Below, piece after piece: positions 48,329-57,285 of a stretch of DNA of 64,000 bases. Every line of letters starts with the position of its first letter. The first letter of the stretch is position 1. The notes beneath the pieces are model-generated. The model ran no database searches, was not told the DNA's origin, and worked only from the letters and a program-made list of their open reading frames with translations. Origin of the DNA: a virus; IMG/VR virus record IMGVR_UViG_3300008267_012518; one strand, written 5' to 3'. The position numbers were made by a program, and so were the translations under genes.

Positions 48329-48649
48329 TCAAATTATATATTTGTCACCGACAATCGAAGGTGATTTTATTACTAAAATATTACAATCGGTCAGAAATAT
48401 AGGATCAGCAATCTCATTTGGTCTTAATATAAAAATATCATCCTTTTTTAATTTACGACCTTGAATGATCATCTTTCCCTTTAGAATAAGGTTAATCTCC
48501 GTTGCTAATTTATGAAAATGGGTTGGCCATTTTTCGCCCTTTTTGTGTGTGAGGATCCCGACTTCAAAATCACCTTGTTTAAAACAAGAAGGTTCGAAGT
48601 CACCAATAAACCAACCTCTGTGAAAATTATTGAGTTTGAATGTTTCCAT
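48329..48649 (-). CDS. Cupin-fold protein (possible sugar epimerase/isomerase)
   Basis: GWFIGDFEP and the metal motif HFHKLATE. Confidence 0.7.
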   Translation of the reverse strand: METFKLNNFHRGWFIGDFEPSCFKQGDFEVGILTHKKGEKWPTHFHKLATEINLILKGKMIIQGRKLKKDDIFILRPNEIADPIFLTDCNILVIKSPSIVGDKYII

Positions 48650-49328
48650 TTTGTAGATATTTTTTTAAATCGTCTGGAGTACCAATAGGAAAGTGTTGAT
48701 TAAAAAGGTATATACCGATTTTTTGATTATTTTTGATTAGATAGTTATATGTTGGTGCAACATAATATTCACCATTTGTTTTGTCTTCATTTTTTACCAT
48801 TTGTTCATAAGATTCAAAAAAATCCGAGGCTTTATTCCAATAATGCAACCCGTTTGTGGCTAAATTAGATATTACTTGTTTTTCCTTCACATCTTTGACT
48901 AAATTATTTTCGTCAATTTGAACATAAGAATTTTTTTGGTGGTTGGATATAAAACATCCAAAACATCCATCAAATTGCCTAGCATATCTGATAAATAAAT
49001 CTAAATTCCAATCTTTTATTATTTGGTCACAGTTTGTTATGATTAATTCTGAATTAGGATCAATCGAATCTTTGGCTAAATAAGCTGTCGAAGCAGGTCC
49101 CTCTGTCGTATAATCGATTTCTATTACTTTCGATCCAAAAGATTGGAAACTATGTCCCTTTCTTCCAATGACTGTTATATCAATTTTTTGATCTACAAAA
49201 TTATTGATTACGTGCTCGATCATATTTCTACCATCCCAAGAAATCAAAGGTTTTGGCTCGATCCACTCAGAATTAATAAATCTAGTCCCCCTACCCGCAG
49301 CTAATATAATTAAATTTATTTTATCCAT
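48627..49328 (-). CDS. Sugar-phosphate nucleotidyltransferase (RmlA/GlmU fold)
   Basis: ILAAGRGTRF, PKPLI, TNCDQ, GTPDDL. Confidence 0.82.
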   Translation of the reverse strand: MDKINLIILAAGRGTRFINSEWIEPKPLISWDGRNMIEHVINNFVDQKIDITVIGRKGHSFQSFGSKVIEIDYTTEGPASTAYLAKDSIDPNSELIITNCDQIIKDWNLDLFIRYARQFDGCFGCFISNHQKNSYVQIDENNLVKDVKEKQVISNLATNGLHYWNKASDFFESYEQMVKNEDKTNGEYYVAPTYNYLIKNNQKIGIYLFNQHFPIGTPDDLKKYLQNGNIQTQ

Positions 49329-49331
49329 AGT

Positions 49332-50069
49332 TTATCTATAAACACCAATGTGAATTGAACAATGTTCGACTACCAAGTCATTAATTTTCTCTAGGTGAAC
49401 TTTTAAATTAGATTCATCATAACTAGCATATTGGTTGGTCTTAATAATTTCGGGATAATTATCATATACAAGACTATACTTTTTCATTGCTTCTGATGTT
49501 CCAATTGCAAATAAATTTGAACACCCATGCCCATCAGGCCAATCGTATCCTGGATTTACCAAAATTAGTTTGGGATTTTCGTCTATCCGCTTTTTTATAT
49601 TTTCCCAATCAACTATGGTTTTATCCCATTCAACGTCATGATCCATCCTATATTTGATTGCGTATTTATAAGATACATTATTTTCATTTTCATACTGTTC
49701 TTTGACCTCGAATGCTTTTTTTATAGAATAAAACTGTGACCACGATGACCAAACTTTGTTTATGGGATTTCTATATCCTGGTGAAACGCTAGTATTTTTA
49801 TAAAAGTCGGTTTTATCATAATCCTCAATTATGTATTTTTTAGGTTTATATAATTCAACGAATTGTGTCGCGTCATGAACTTTACTTTGCTTATTTTCCC
49901 AACCCATCTGGTCTCCCCAACTACTCAATAATTTATCATGTTGCCAAATATGACCAAATACGTCATATTCAAGCCCATTAAACAAATTTAAAAAATCCTC
50001 ATATCCCTTCTCGACACACCTTGGTTGTCCACTAAAACAAATTCCAAAATCCTTTATAATTTTTTCCAT
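49332..50069 (-). CDS. Putative glycosyltransferase of the CxSGQxR...RxD family
   Basis: ICFSGQPR, DVFGHIW, SQFYSIK, KYRMD, NLFAIG; paralogous to 52309-52959. Confidence 0.5.
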   Translation of the reverse strand: MEKIIKDFGICFSGQPRCVEKGYEDFLNLFNGLEYDVFGHIWQHDKLLSSWGDQMGWENKQSKVHDATQFVELYKPKKYIIEDYDKTDFYKNTSVSPGYRNPINKVWSSWSQFYSIKKAFEVKEQYENENNVSYKYAIKYRMDHDVEWDKTIVDWENIKKRIDENPKLILVNPGYDWPDGHGCSNLFAIGTSEAMKKYSLVYDNYPEIIKTNQYASYDESNLKVHLEKINDLVVEHCSIHIGVYR

Positions 50070-50153
50070 TAAATCTTATATGAAATATATCATTTGAGTT
50101 TTTAAATTTAAAAAACTTTTCTCTGATTTATATTTATAATAAATAAAATTATT

Positions 50154-50876
50154 ATGAATTACAATCCAACCCAAAAATATAACTTCAAATTTGAAGTGGA
50201 TCAATTTGGTTTTAATCATTTGGATAAAGATTTTTTTGATCGTGATGAGATTATTCTTATTGAAAAATTCGAAAAATTATGCCAAATAATAAAAATCTAT
50301 GATCAAAAAAAATACAAAATGATTGAATTGGGATGCAATCAATGTTTCTATTCTTTATTCTTTAAATTTATATTAGGTATTAACAATACAAACACTGTTC
50401 TCGTAGAACCATATAAACCTTTCCTAGAGAGGGGTAAGAGAAATTTTCATATCAACGGTCTTGATTGTGAAATAATAAACAAGTGTGTTGGAAGGAAGAA
50501 ATGGCTGGGTACAAGTTCACCAGATTATGAATTCGATGTTGAACTTACTACTTTAAATGAATTGATGTGTGGTGATACTTTCGATATACTCCATTCAGAT
50601 ATTGATGGTAATGAATTATATATGTTACTAGAAAACAAAGATATATTCCAAGAAAAAAAAATAAAAAATATATTTCTTTTGACCCACGGTGGTAGTGTTC
50701 ACTTCAATGAAATGCTTGAAAATGACAGACCAGATACAACACATTATAAATGCAAAGAATTTTTTACAAACACTGAGTATAAATTAATATATGAGTGTGA
50801 AGAGTGGGAAGTTGGTGGTGATTCATTATTGATTTATTCGATCGATGAAAACGTTATATCAAGTTTTCAGAATTGA
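50154..50876 (+). CDS. FkbM-like SAM-dependent methyltransferase, opposite orientation to the cluster
   Basis: IELGCNQCFYS, LVEP, ILHSDIDGNE. Confidence 0.65.
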   Translation: MNYNPTQKYNFKFEVDQFGFNHLDKDFFDRDEIILIEKFEKLCQIIKIYDQKKYKMIELGCNQCFYSLFFKFILGINNTNTVLVEPYKPFLERGKRNFHINGLDCEIINKCVGRKKWLGTSSPDYEFDVELTTLNELMCGDTFDILHSDIDGNELYMLLENKDIFQEKKIKNIFLLTHGGSVHFNEMLENDRPDTTHYKCKEFFTNTEYKLIYECEEWEVGGDSLLIYSIDENVISSFQN

Positions 50877-50879
50877 TTT

Positions 50880-50913
50880 ATAGAAAATATGACTACGTAG
50901 TCATATTTTCTAT
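50880..50913. repeat. 34-bp perfect palindrome between convergent genes
   Basis: ATAGAAAATATGACTACGTAGTCATATTTTCTAT is its own reverse complement. Confidence 0.9.
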
Positions 50914-50923
50914 GGAATTAATA

Positions 50924-52291
50924 TTATTTATAATTTTCTAAAAAATAATTTAGATCTTCTGGTGTACCCAATCCCCACATATTTTCGACATGGTAAGTTT
51001 TTATTTTTTTACCATCATTAATCGCCAGATTATAAACAGGACACACATAAAATTCACCATTTATCCTCATATTCTTTTCAATCATTTCCTCCGAATATTT
51101 AACAAAATCACTACCACGTTTCCAATAATAAAAACCAACGGTTGCTAAATCCGATATTGGGTTTTTTTCCGAAACTTCACTAACATAACCATCTTCACCT
51201 ACTCTAGCGAATGACCACTTTGGGTGAGTTGAAGTAAATGTCACTATACCACCATCCAAATCACACTCATTCATTTTGTAAAAAAAATCGTTGGAATCCC
51301 ACTCTACAAACTGATCCGAATTAGCAAAAAACAATGGTAGGTCTACATTTATAATATCTTTAGATAAAAGAGCACTACAAGCGGCCCCTTCGGTCACACC
51401 ATCAACTTCTACGATTTTACAATTTGGAGTAATTAGGTTTAGTAGTGTTCCTAAATTATATTTTTCCTTATGTGACTTTTGAACAATGTAAATGTAGTTA
51501 GCTTTGATATTCAAATTTTCAACAACAACTTGAATCATGGGTTTATTCCTAACATCAATTAGTGGCTTAGGAAAAGTATACCCAACTTTTTCAAATCTCG
51601 AACCTTGTCCAGCCATGGGTATAATCACATTTAATTTCTCATCAGACCAATAAGGTATTGGATTTTTTTTATCCATCTCCAAAATGTTGATTTTACTCTT
51701 GATGAAATCCGAAGTTATTTCAGATGGTGAATTTATCCTTATAACATTCGATTTACTATTTGAGGCCGCGTACAATCCTGGTGGCGAATCTTCTAAAATT
51801 AAAGTTTCGTTGGGTAAAAAACCGAAGTAGGACATCGCTTTCCAATAAATCTCAGGATGTGGTTTTGGAAATTCAACATCTTCATTTGACAAAAGTAAGT
51901 CAAAGAATTCTATAATACCCAATCTAGATAATGAAGTTAAAACGGTTTTCTTAATACTATTTGAACAAACAGCGATTTTATATTTCTCTGATAACTCAGT
52001 TAAACAATCTATGAGGTTATTGTTAATACTCAAACTTTGTAGTTTTTGTAAGGTGATTTTTTGTTTTTTCTGCCAAATTTCGTCATACTCCGTTACTGGT
52101 AAATTTTTCTCCAGTGTCAAAATTTGTAATTTCTGATTTGTTTTAAGACCATCAAATTTTGACAAATGATCTTCCCAAGATATAGAGTATTTATCACCAA
52201 GTGCCAAATTCAAGGCTTCGTAATGAATCTTTTTAGCATCAACTAAGACACCATCAAGATCAAAAATAATAAATTTAATTTTGTTTTTCAA
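50924..52291 (-). CDS. HAD phosphatase fused to a sugar-phosphate nucleotidyltransferase
   Basis: FDLDGVL, KPHPEIY, ILEDS; then IPMAGQGSRF, PKPLI, ANSDQ, GLGTPEDL. Confidence 0.88.
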   Translation of the reverse strand: MKNKIKFIIFDLDGVLVDAKKIHYEALNLALGDKYSISWEDHLSKFDGLKTNQKLQILTLEKNLPVTEYDEIWQKKQKITLQKLQSLSINNNLIDCLTELSEKYKIAVCSNSIKKTVLTSLSRLGIIEFFDLLLSNEDVEFPKPHPEIYWKAMSYFGFLPNETLILEDSPPGLYAASNSKSNVIRINSPSEITSDFIKSKINILEMDKKNPIPYWSDEKLNVIIPMAGQGSRFEKVGYTFPKPLIDVRNKPMIQVVVENLNIKANYIYIVQKSHKEKYNLGTLLNLITPNCKIVEVDGVTEGAACSALLSKDIINVDLPLFFANSDQFVEWDSNDFFYKMNECDLDGGIVTFTSTHPKWSFARVGEDGYVSEVSEKNPISDLATVGFYYWKRGSDFVKYSEEMIEKNMRINGEFYVCPVYNLAINDGKKIKTYHVENMWGLGTPEDLNYFLENYK

Positions 52292-52308
52292 TTTTTATTT
52301 TTATTTTT

Positions 52309-52959
52309 TCATAAGACTATTCTACCATCAGATCTGACTAAATCAAAAGTCCTTGGGATTGAATTGTTACCAATATTATGATGGCTCAAATGTTCCGAAA
52401 TTATTCCCTCAGGACACATTTGATTAATCCTTTCTGTTTGGTCATATTCGTCAAAAATATTCGAATAAATGTCCATCAACTCCGAACTTCCGTATGCAAA
52501 CCAATCATTTAATCCACCACAACCACCAGATCTGTTGATTAGGTTTATTCCACCATTTGAAATATCAAAAGATATCCTTTGGTTATACTTCAGATCGTAC
52601 CTCGCTCTGATGCAAACATCATATTTAAAATTATTTAATAATTCATAGTCAACCTTCATTCTATTTGATTCACGTATAGAATAAAACATACTTCTTGTAG
52701 GAACATCAATAGATGGATGATCAAATCGGAAAGATTTTGGCTTCAATGTATTCAAAACGTCAATAATATCATCCATAGAGTATCCCCCAAAATCTGTTGG
52801 ATCATAATTCCAAAAATTTTGGTATTTACTGTTATCATACTTATACCAAGAATGACAAAAAATATCCACGTCGTTATTTTCTAAAATATTTTCAATCAAA
52901 CTTTGTTTCACCAGTGGGAAACTTCTGATTTGTCCAGATAAGCAAAGGGCAATTTTCAT
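52309..52959 (-). CDS. Putative glycosyltransferase of the CxSGQxR...RxD family
   Basis: KIALCLSGQIR, DIFCHSW, SMFYSI, RARYD, NDWFAYG. Confidence 0.5.
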   Translation of the reverse strand: MKIALCLSGQIRSFPLVKQSLIENILENNDVDIFCHSWYKYDNSKYQNFWNYDPTDFGGYSMDDIIDVLNTLKPKSFRFDHPSIDVPTRSMFYSIRESNRMKVDYELLNNFKYDVCIRARYDLKYNQRISFDISNGGINLINRSGGCGGLNDWFAYGSSELMDIYSNIFDEYDQTERINQMCPEGIISEHLSHHNIGNNSIPRTFDLVRSDGRIVL

Positions 52960-53963
52960 AATGAATATTTACTTTCTATATAATTTTTAATCCATTTATA
53001 GTTGAAATATTTATCTACAATATAAATCTGATTCAATAAGCATTTTTGATAAAGGAATTCATCCTTTTGTAACAACGTATACTTCTCTACAAATTCCTCA
53101 GCGGTTGAAAATAAAGTTTCTTCTGAAAAATAATCACCATCCTCAAATGGAAAAACCAAATCTGTTCTTTGCATCAACATAAGTGAGTTTGTAGATAATC
53201 CCTCAAAAAACCTTTTACATAAATGACCAGTACCGTTAAGATTAAGGAAATATTTAAAACTTGAAATTGCTTTAATAAAGTCAGCGTTGCTCAAGTTATT
53301 AGCAGTCAATAGATATGGATGAATTTTTTGCAAAATTTCCAAGCGGTTACAATACTCATCTGGGTATGGTTCTCTTGTTCTGTATATTGCTGTCCCAGCC
53401 CAAAAACAAGATGGTATTCTATTTTCTGGAATTATTTTAATTCTCTCCTCATAAAGTGTCCAAGGAGCATTTGGTTTACCATAAACAATAAACGGAAATG
53501 GGAAAACATCATCATCATACTCATCAATCCAATCCTTTCTGTATTCTCTTTTGAAAACAAAATCACATTTCATATTGTTTTCTCTGAGCCACATCAATCC
53601 ACCTCGGACCACTGCTCTGTCAGTGTCGTCCAAATAAATAACTCTATTTATTTTGATGTTTGAAAGTTTATCGTAGATCATTTTGAAATACTCTCTTCTT
53701 TCTGAGGTATTTGGTGTGTATGGCATGTCATTGAATGTATGGACTGGCCAAATGAATACTACCATATCATATTCATTTTCCAAAAGAGACCAATCTTCAA
53801 TAACATCGATACCGTATCTATCCTCACAATATTTTTTGTCCGGAATAACTTGAAGTTCCTTAAATTGATCCAAGGGAATGAATGGAGAAAAATAATCACA
53901 AGGTTCAAAAAGATGAAAAGCTGGTGGAAAATGTTTCTCTAAATCGATGATTAAATTTTTCAT
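52956..53963 (-). CDS. Putative glycosyltransferase (CgeB/GT47-like C-terminus)
   Basis: CFWAG, FLNLNGTGHLCKRFFEGL. Confidence 0.5.
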   Translation of the reverse strand: MKNLIIDLEKHFPPAFHLFEPCDYFSPFIPLDQFKELQVIPDKKYCEDRYGIDVIEDWSLLENEYDMVVFIWPVHTFNDMPYTPNTSERREYFKMIYDKLSNIKINRVIYLDDTDRAVVRGGLMWLRENNMKCDFVFKREYRKDWIDEYDDDVFPFPFIVYGKPNAPWTLYEERIKIIPENRIPSCFWAGTAIYRTREPYPDEYCNRLEILQKIHPYLLTANNLSNADFIKAISSFKYFLNLNGTGHLCKRFFEGLSTNSLMLMQRTDLVFPFEDGDYFSEETLFSTAEEFVEKYTLLQKDEFLYQKCLLNQIYIVDKYFNYKWIKNYIESKYSL

Positions 53964-54865
53964 AGTGTGTTTAAATTTTTTTTAATCCAATCAATAACAT
54001 CAACTCTTGGTTCAAATCCAAGTACCTCCCTAATTTTACTAATATCAGCGAGAGTATTTTCGGCCTCACCAGGTCTATAATCCAAGTGTACTTGTTTACT
54101 ACTGATAAGATCTGCTATTTCTTTTATTGATATGTTTTTACCAGAACCAACATTTAATACAGTGGCTCCAATTTTATTTTTTGAATTCATCGCTAAAATA
54201 TTTACATCAACTACGTCACCAACATAGATGAAGTCCCTTCTTTTATCACCCATCCCAACAATAGTTAAATCTTGTTGTTTTTCAAATTGATCCAAGAAAA
54301 TACCTAAAACAGGAGCGTAATTACCCTTCACTGGGCTTCTTTCTCCAAACACATTAAAGTACCTGAAAATGACTGAATCTAATTTGTGCATTTTCCAATA
54401 ATATCTGAAGATATCCTCTCCCAAAAATTTTGAATGTGAGTATGGATTAAGAAAATCAGTCGAATTGTCTTCCTTAGTAGGTAGATTTTCAGTCAAACCA
54501 TATACAGATGATGTAGATGAATACATTACCCTTTTTATCCCATGTTTGAGAGATAAATCTAGAATATTTAACGTGCCTATTACATTCACATTATATGCTC
54601 GATGAGGGTTTTGTATTGCGGGTTGAATCCTTGATTCTGCAGCTAAGTGAAAAACATAGTCCACCCCAACAAATAGACAGTCTATTTGTTCCTTATCACA
54701 AATATCAAATTTGTGATAAGTTGTCCTCTCATTGAAGTAAAATTTATCATTTTCGGATGCTGATAAGTCATCAATAACAACTACTTCATGACCTAGATTG
54801 ACCAACTTATCAACTAGATTACTCCCAATAAACCCAGAACCACCGGTTACTATTATTTTATACAT
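53960..54865 (-). CDS. NAD-dependent nucleotide-sugar epimerase/dehydratase
   Basis: TGGSGFIG, SSTSSVYG, YSHSK, FRYFNVFG, RDFIYVGD. Confidence 0.9.
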   Translation of the reverse strand: MYKIIVTGGSGFIGSNLVDKLVNLGHEVVVIDDLSASENDKFYFNERTTYHKFDICDKEQIDCLFVGVDYVFHLAAESRIQPAIQNPHRAYNVNVIGTLNILDLSLKHGIKRVMYSSTSSVYGLTENLPTKEDNSTDFLNPYSHSKFLGEDIFRYYWKMHKLDSVIFRYFNVFGERSPVKGNYAPVLGIFLDQFEKQQDLTIVGMGDKRRDFIYVGDVVDVNILAMNSKNKIGATVLNVGSGKNISIKEIADLISSKQVHLDYRPGEAENTLADISKIREVLGFEPRVDVIDWIKKNLNTL

Positions 54866-54869
54866 AATT

Positions 54870-55586
54870 TTATTGTTCTTTTATCATTTTTTTGAATTTG
54901 GTTGCCGACCAACCGTGTTTTCTTGGAATAAAAAATGTATTTATATTTAGTTTCAACCCATTATGGTCTTTACCAATATAATCATCTCCCAAAAAAAGTA
55001 TATCTGGTTTTACATTTTCAGTCAAAGAAATCAATTCACTTTCAGTATTATAAAAAAATACTTCATCAACATATTTTAATGAAGTCAATATTTTTTTTCT
55101 TTCTTCTTTGGAAAGTATTGGTTTGGGCTTACCCCTCTCAATCGAAGGATTATTGTGCAACCCAACCACCAAATACTCACAATTTTTCTTCGCCAATTCA
55201 AACATATGAATATATCCAGGATGAATTACATCAAAAGCGCCTGCTATAAAACCAATTTTGGGATTTGTATTCTTTTTGAAATCTTCAATAGATAAATTTT
55301 TATCATCTATAAAAAAATCAAAAGATGGTTTTCCTAAAATCAATTCATTATATTTTACACCCCACGATTTAAGCTGTGTAGTAGTCAGGTCAAATAAATT
55401 ATTATAAACTAAACTGACATTACCTTTGTAAGTTGTCATCCCTCTAGCCGTAAATATTTTTATATAATGACCCACATCAAACAAATTGTTGACTTTTAAG
55501 ATCATTTCATCATTTGGATAAGATGAGGAATAATTATTTGAGTCTGTACTACAAATAGTGTTATCTAGGTCGAAACAATAAATCAT
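54870..55586 (-). CDS. HAD-like phosphatase fused to a cytidylyltransferase-fold nucleotidyltransferase
   Basis: FDLDNTI...GKP..FIDDK; then GAFDVIHPGY, ER..IL.SLKYVDEV, GDDY. Confidence 0.8.
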   Translation of the reverse strand: MIYCFDLDNTICSTDSNNYSSSYPNDEMILKVNNLFDVGHYIKIFTARGMTTYKGNVSLVYNNLFDLTTTQLKSWGVKYNELILGKPSFDFFIDDKNLSIEDFKKNTNPKIGFIAGAFDVIHPGYIHMFELAKKNCEYLVVGLHNNPSIERGKPKPILSKEERKKILTSLKYVDEVFFYNTESELISLTENVKPDILFLGDDYIGKDHNGLKLNINTFFIPRKHGWSATKFKKMIKEQ

Positions 55587-55595
55587 AAAATTGAA

Positions 55596-56576
55596 TTAAT
55601 TAAAATTACCTAGAATAACTGAACCAAGTTTGTCTATGTCAAAATGTAACCTTTTATAACCTCTACCTGTCATAAAATTCTCAACTTCTGTGTGATTTTT
55701 TTCAGTGAACAGTAGTAAAAATCCACCACCACCAGCGCCCACTATTTTACCACCAAGAACGCCAAATAACTCCTTTGTCATTTCATAGGTCATATCAACT
55801 TCCGACACTGATATCTTATCAGAAAGACTCTTTTTCATTTTCCAATATTCGTCTAAGAGTATTCCATACTTCTTAAAGTCTCCAGACTCAAGAATACTCA
55901 ATACCTCATAAGCTTGCTGTTTTATTTTCAAGAGGGTTTCCTCTGAATTACCCTTTAATTGTTTCTGATCTTGTAAAACCTCTGATGCGTCTCTTTTGAC
56001 GTTTGTGTAATAAAGATGGACGTGCGAAAGAAATCTATTAAGCTCACTTTGTGATAAGTTTACCTCTTTTATATCAACGTTTCCATTGGTATCTATATCT
56101 AAGATTTTCAAACCACCAAACGCAGCAATATATTGATCCTGTTTACCAACTGGCTCACCTAACTTATCAATCTCAATATAACATGCCTCTTCTGCCAGAA
56201 CGATTGGTTCACGGTTTAACCTTTTGATTTCTCTAACAACGTTTGATAGACCCACTAAGAAACTACCCGAACTACCAAGACCGGTATTAGAAGGTAGATC
56301 AGCACAGGTGTTGACCTCAAATGAGTTAAACATATTGTGGTGTAAAAATAGTTCTTTAGCTCTATGATTTTTTAAATCTGATGCATTATCAACAATTTCA
56401 ATTTGAGAATACCTAAGTTTAAGGTAATTTTCGAATTCATCAGGTTTCAAAGTTATATAGATGTATTTGTTAATAGCTAGAGATATTACAAATCCTCCGT
56501 GTTTGGAGTAGAAGGATGGTAAGTCGGTACCACCACCAGCAATTGTTATTCTCAAAGGTGTTCTGGAAAGTATCAT
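55596..56576 (-). CDS. hddA: GHMP-family sugar 1-kinase, HddA/LmbP-like
   Basis: RTPLRITIAGGGTD, DLPSNTGLGSSG, GKQDQY, GAGGGGF. Confidence 0.85.
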   Translation of the reverse strand: MILSRTPLRITIAGGGTDLPSFYSKHGGFVISLAINKYIYITLKPDEFENYLKLRYSQIEIVDNASDLKNHRAKELFLHHNMFNSFEVNTCADLPSNTGLGSSGSFLVGLSNVVREIKRLNREPIVLAEEACYIEIDKLGEPVGKQDQYIAAFGGLKILDIDTNGNVDIKEVNLSQSELNRFLSHVHLYYTNVKRDASEVLQDQKQLKGNSEETLLKIKQQAYEVLSILESGDFKKYGILLDEYWKMKKSLSDKISVSEVDMTYEMTKELFGVLGGKIVGAGGGGFLLLFTEKNHTEVENFMTGRGYKRLHFDIDKLGSVILGNFN

Positions 56577-57271
56577 AGTTTATATCCAGCGTTTTTAGCG
56601 TCATCAAAAAACATTTGAACTGTTTCTCTTGAATATTCTGTCAAATCTTTATTAGACAAATTCAATTTTTTTATAAGATCTGGTGTAACAGTAATTATAT
56701 CACATCCAATTCTATCAGCTTCGAAGATATTGTATACTTCTCTAGTACTAGCCCATAAAATCTCATGCTTCGTAGAATCTCTTTTACCTAAAGCATACTC
56801 GATAATTGGTGATGGATTCACACCAGTGTCGGCGATTCGACCGGAAAAAATCGATATCACACTTTCGGTGTCTGAGTTCAATGAATTTAAAACATTATCT
56901 ATTTGTTCTTCAGTAAATACGGCTGTAATATTTAGTTTTATTTTCAGATCACTCATTTCCTTAATCAATTCATAAGTTGGAACACCTTTCGTATTCATAA
57001 CCGGAACTTTCACGTAAATATTTGGTGATATATTTGATAGTTTCATGATCTGAGATTTCATCTCTTGATAATCATCAGCGAAAATTTCAAAGGAAATTGG
57101 TAGATCCTTCACCTGATCAGTCACCTCCTTTATGAATGATAAATAATCTTTTACACCGGATTTCTTCATAAGTGAAGGGTTGGTTGTAAATCCACTCACC
57201 ATTGGATTGTTCTTGTATGTTTCCAATATTTCTGAGATATTAGAACCATCTGAAAAAATTTTTACTCTCAT
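56573..57271 (-). CDS. tal: Transaldolase (short class)
   Basis: GFTTNPSL, SFEIF, Schiff-base lysine in VKVP, NITAVF, SIFSGR, WASTRE. Confidence 0.9.
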   Translation of the reverse strand: MRVKIFSDGSNISEILETYKNNPMVSGFTTNPSLMKKSGVKDYLSFIKEVTDQVKDLPISFEIFADDYQEMKSQIMKLSNISPNIYVKVPVMNTKGVPTYELIKEMSDLKIKLNITAVFTEEQIDNVLNSLNSDTESVISIFSGRIADTGVNPSPIIEYALGKRDSTKHEILWASTREVYNIFEADRIGCDIITVTPDLIKKLNLSNKDLTEYSRETVQMFFDDAKNAGYKL

Positions 57272-57285
57272 ATTAAATATTTTTT

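Noticed and set aside
56573-57271. A cyanophage-style talC auxiliary gene for pentose-phosphate flux
   Set aside because: It is coupled to a sugar kinase inside a glycan cluster and no zwf, gnd or cp12 gene is present, so a sugar-biosynthesis role fits better.
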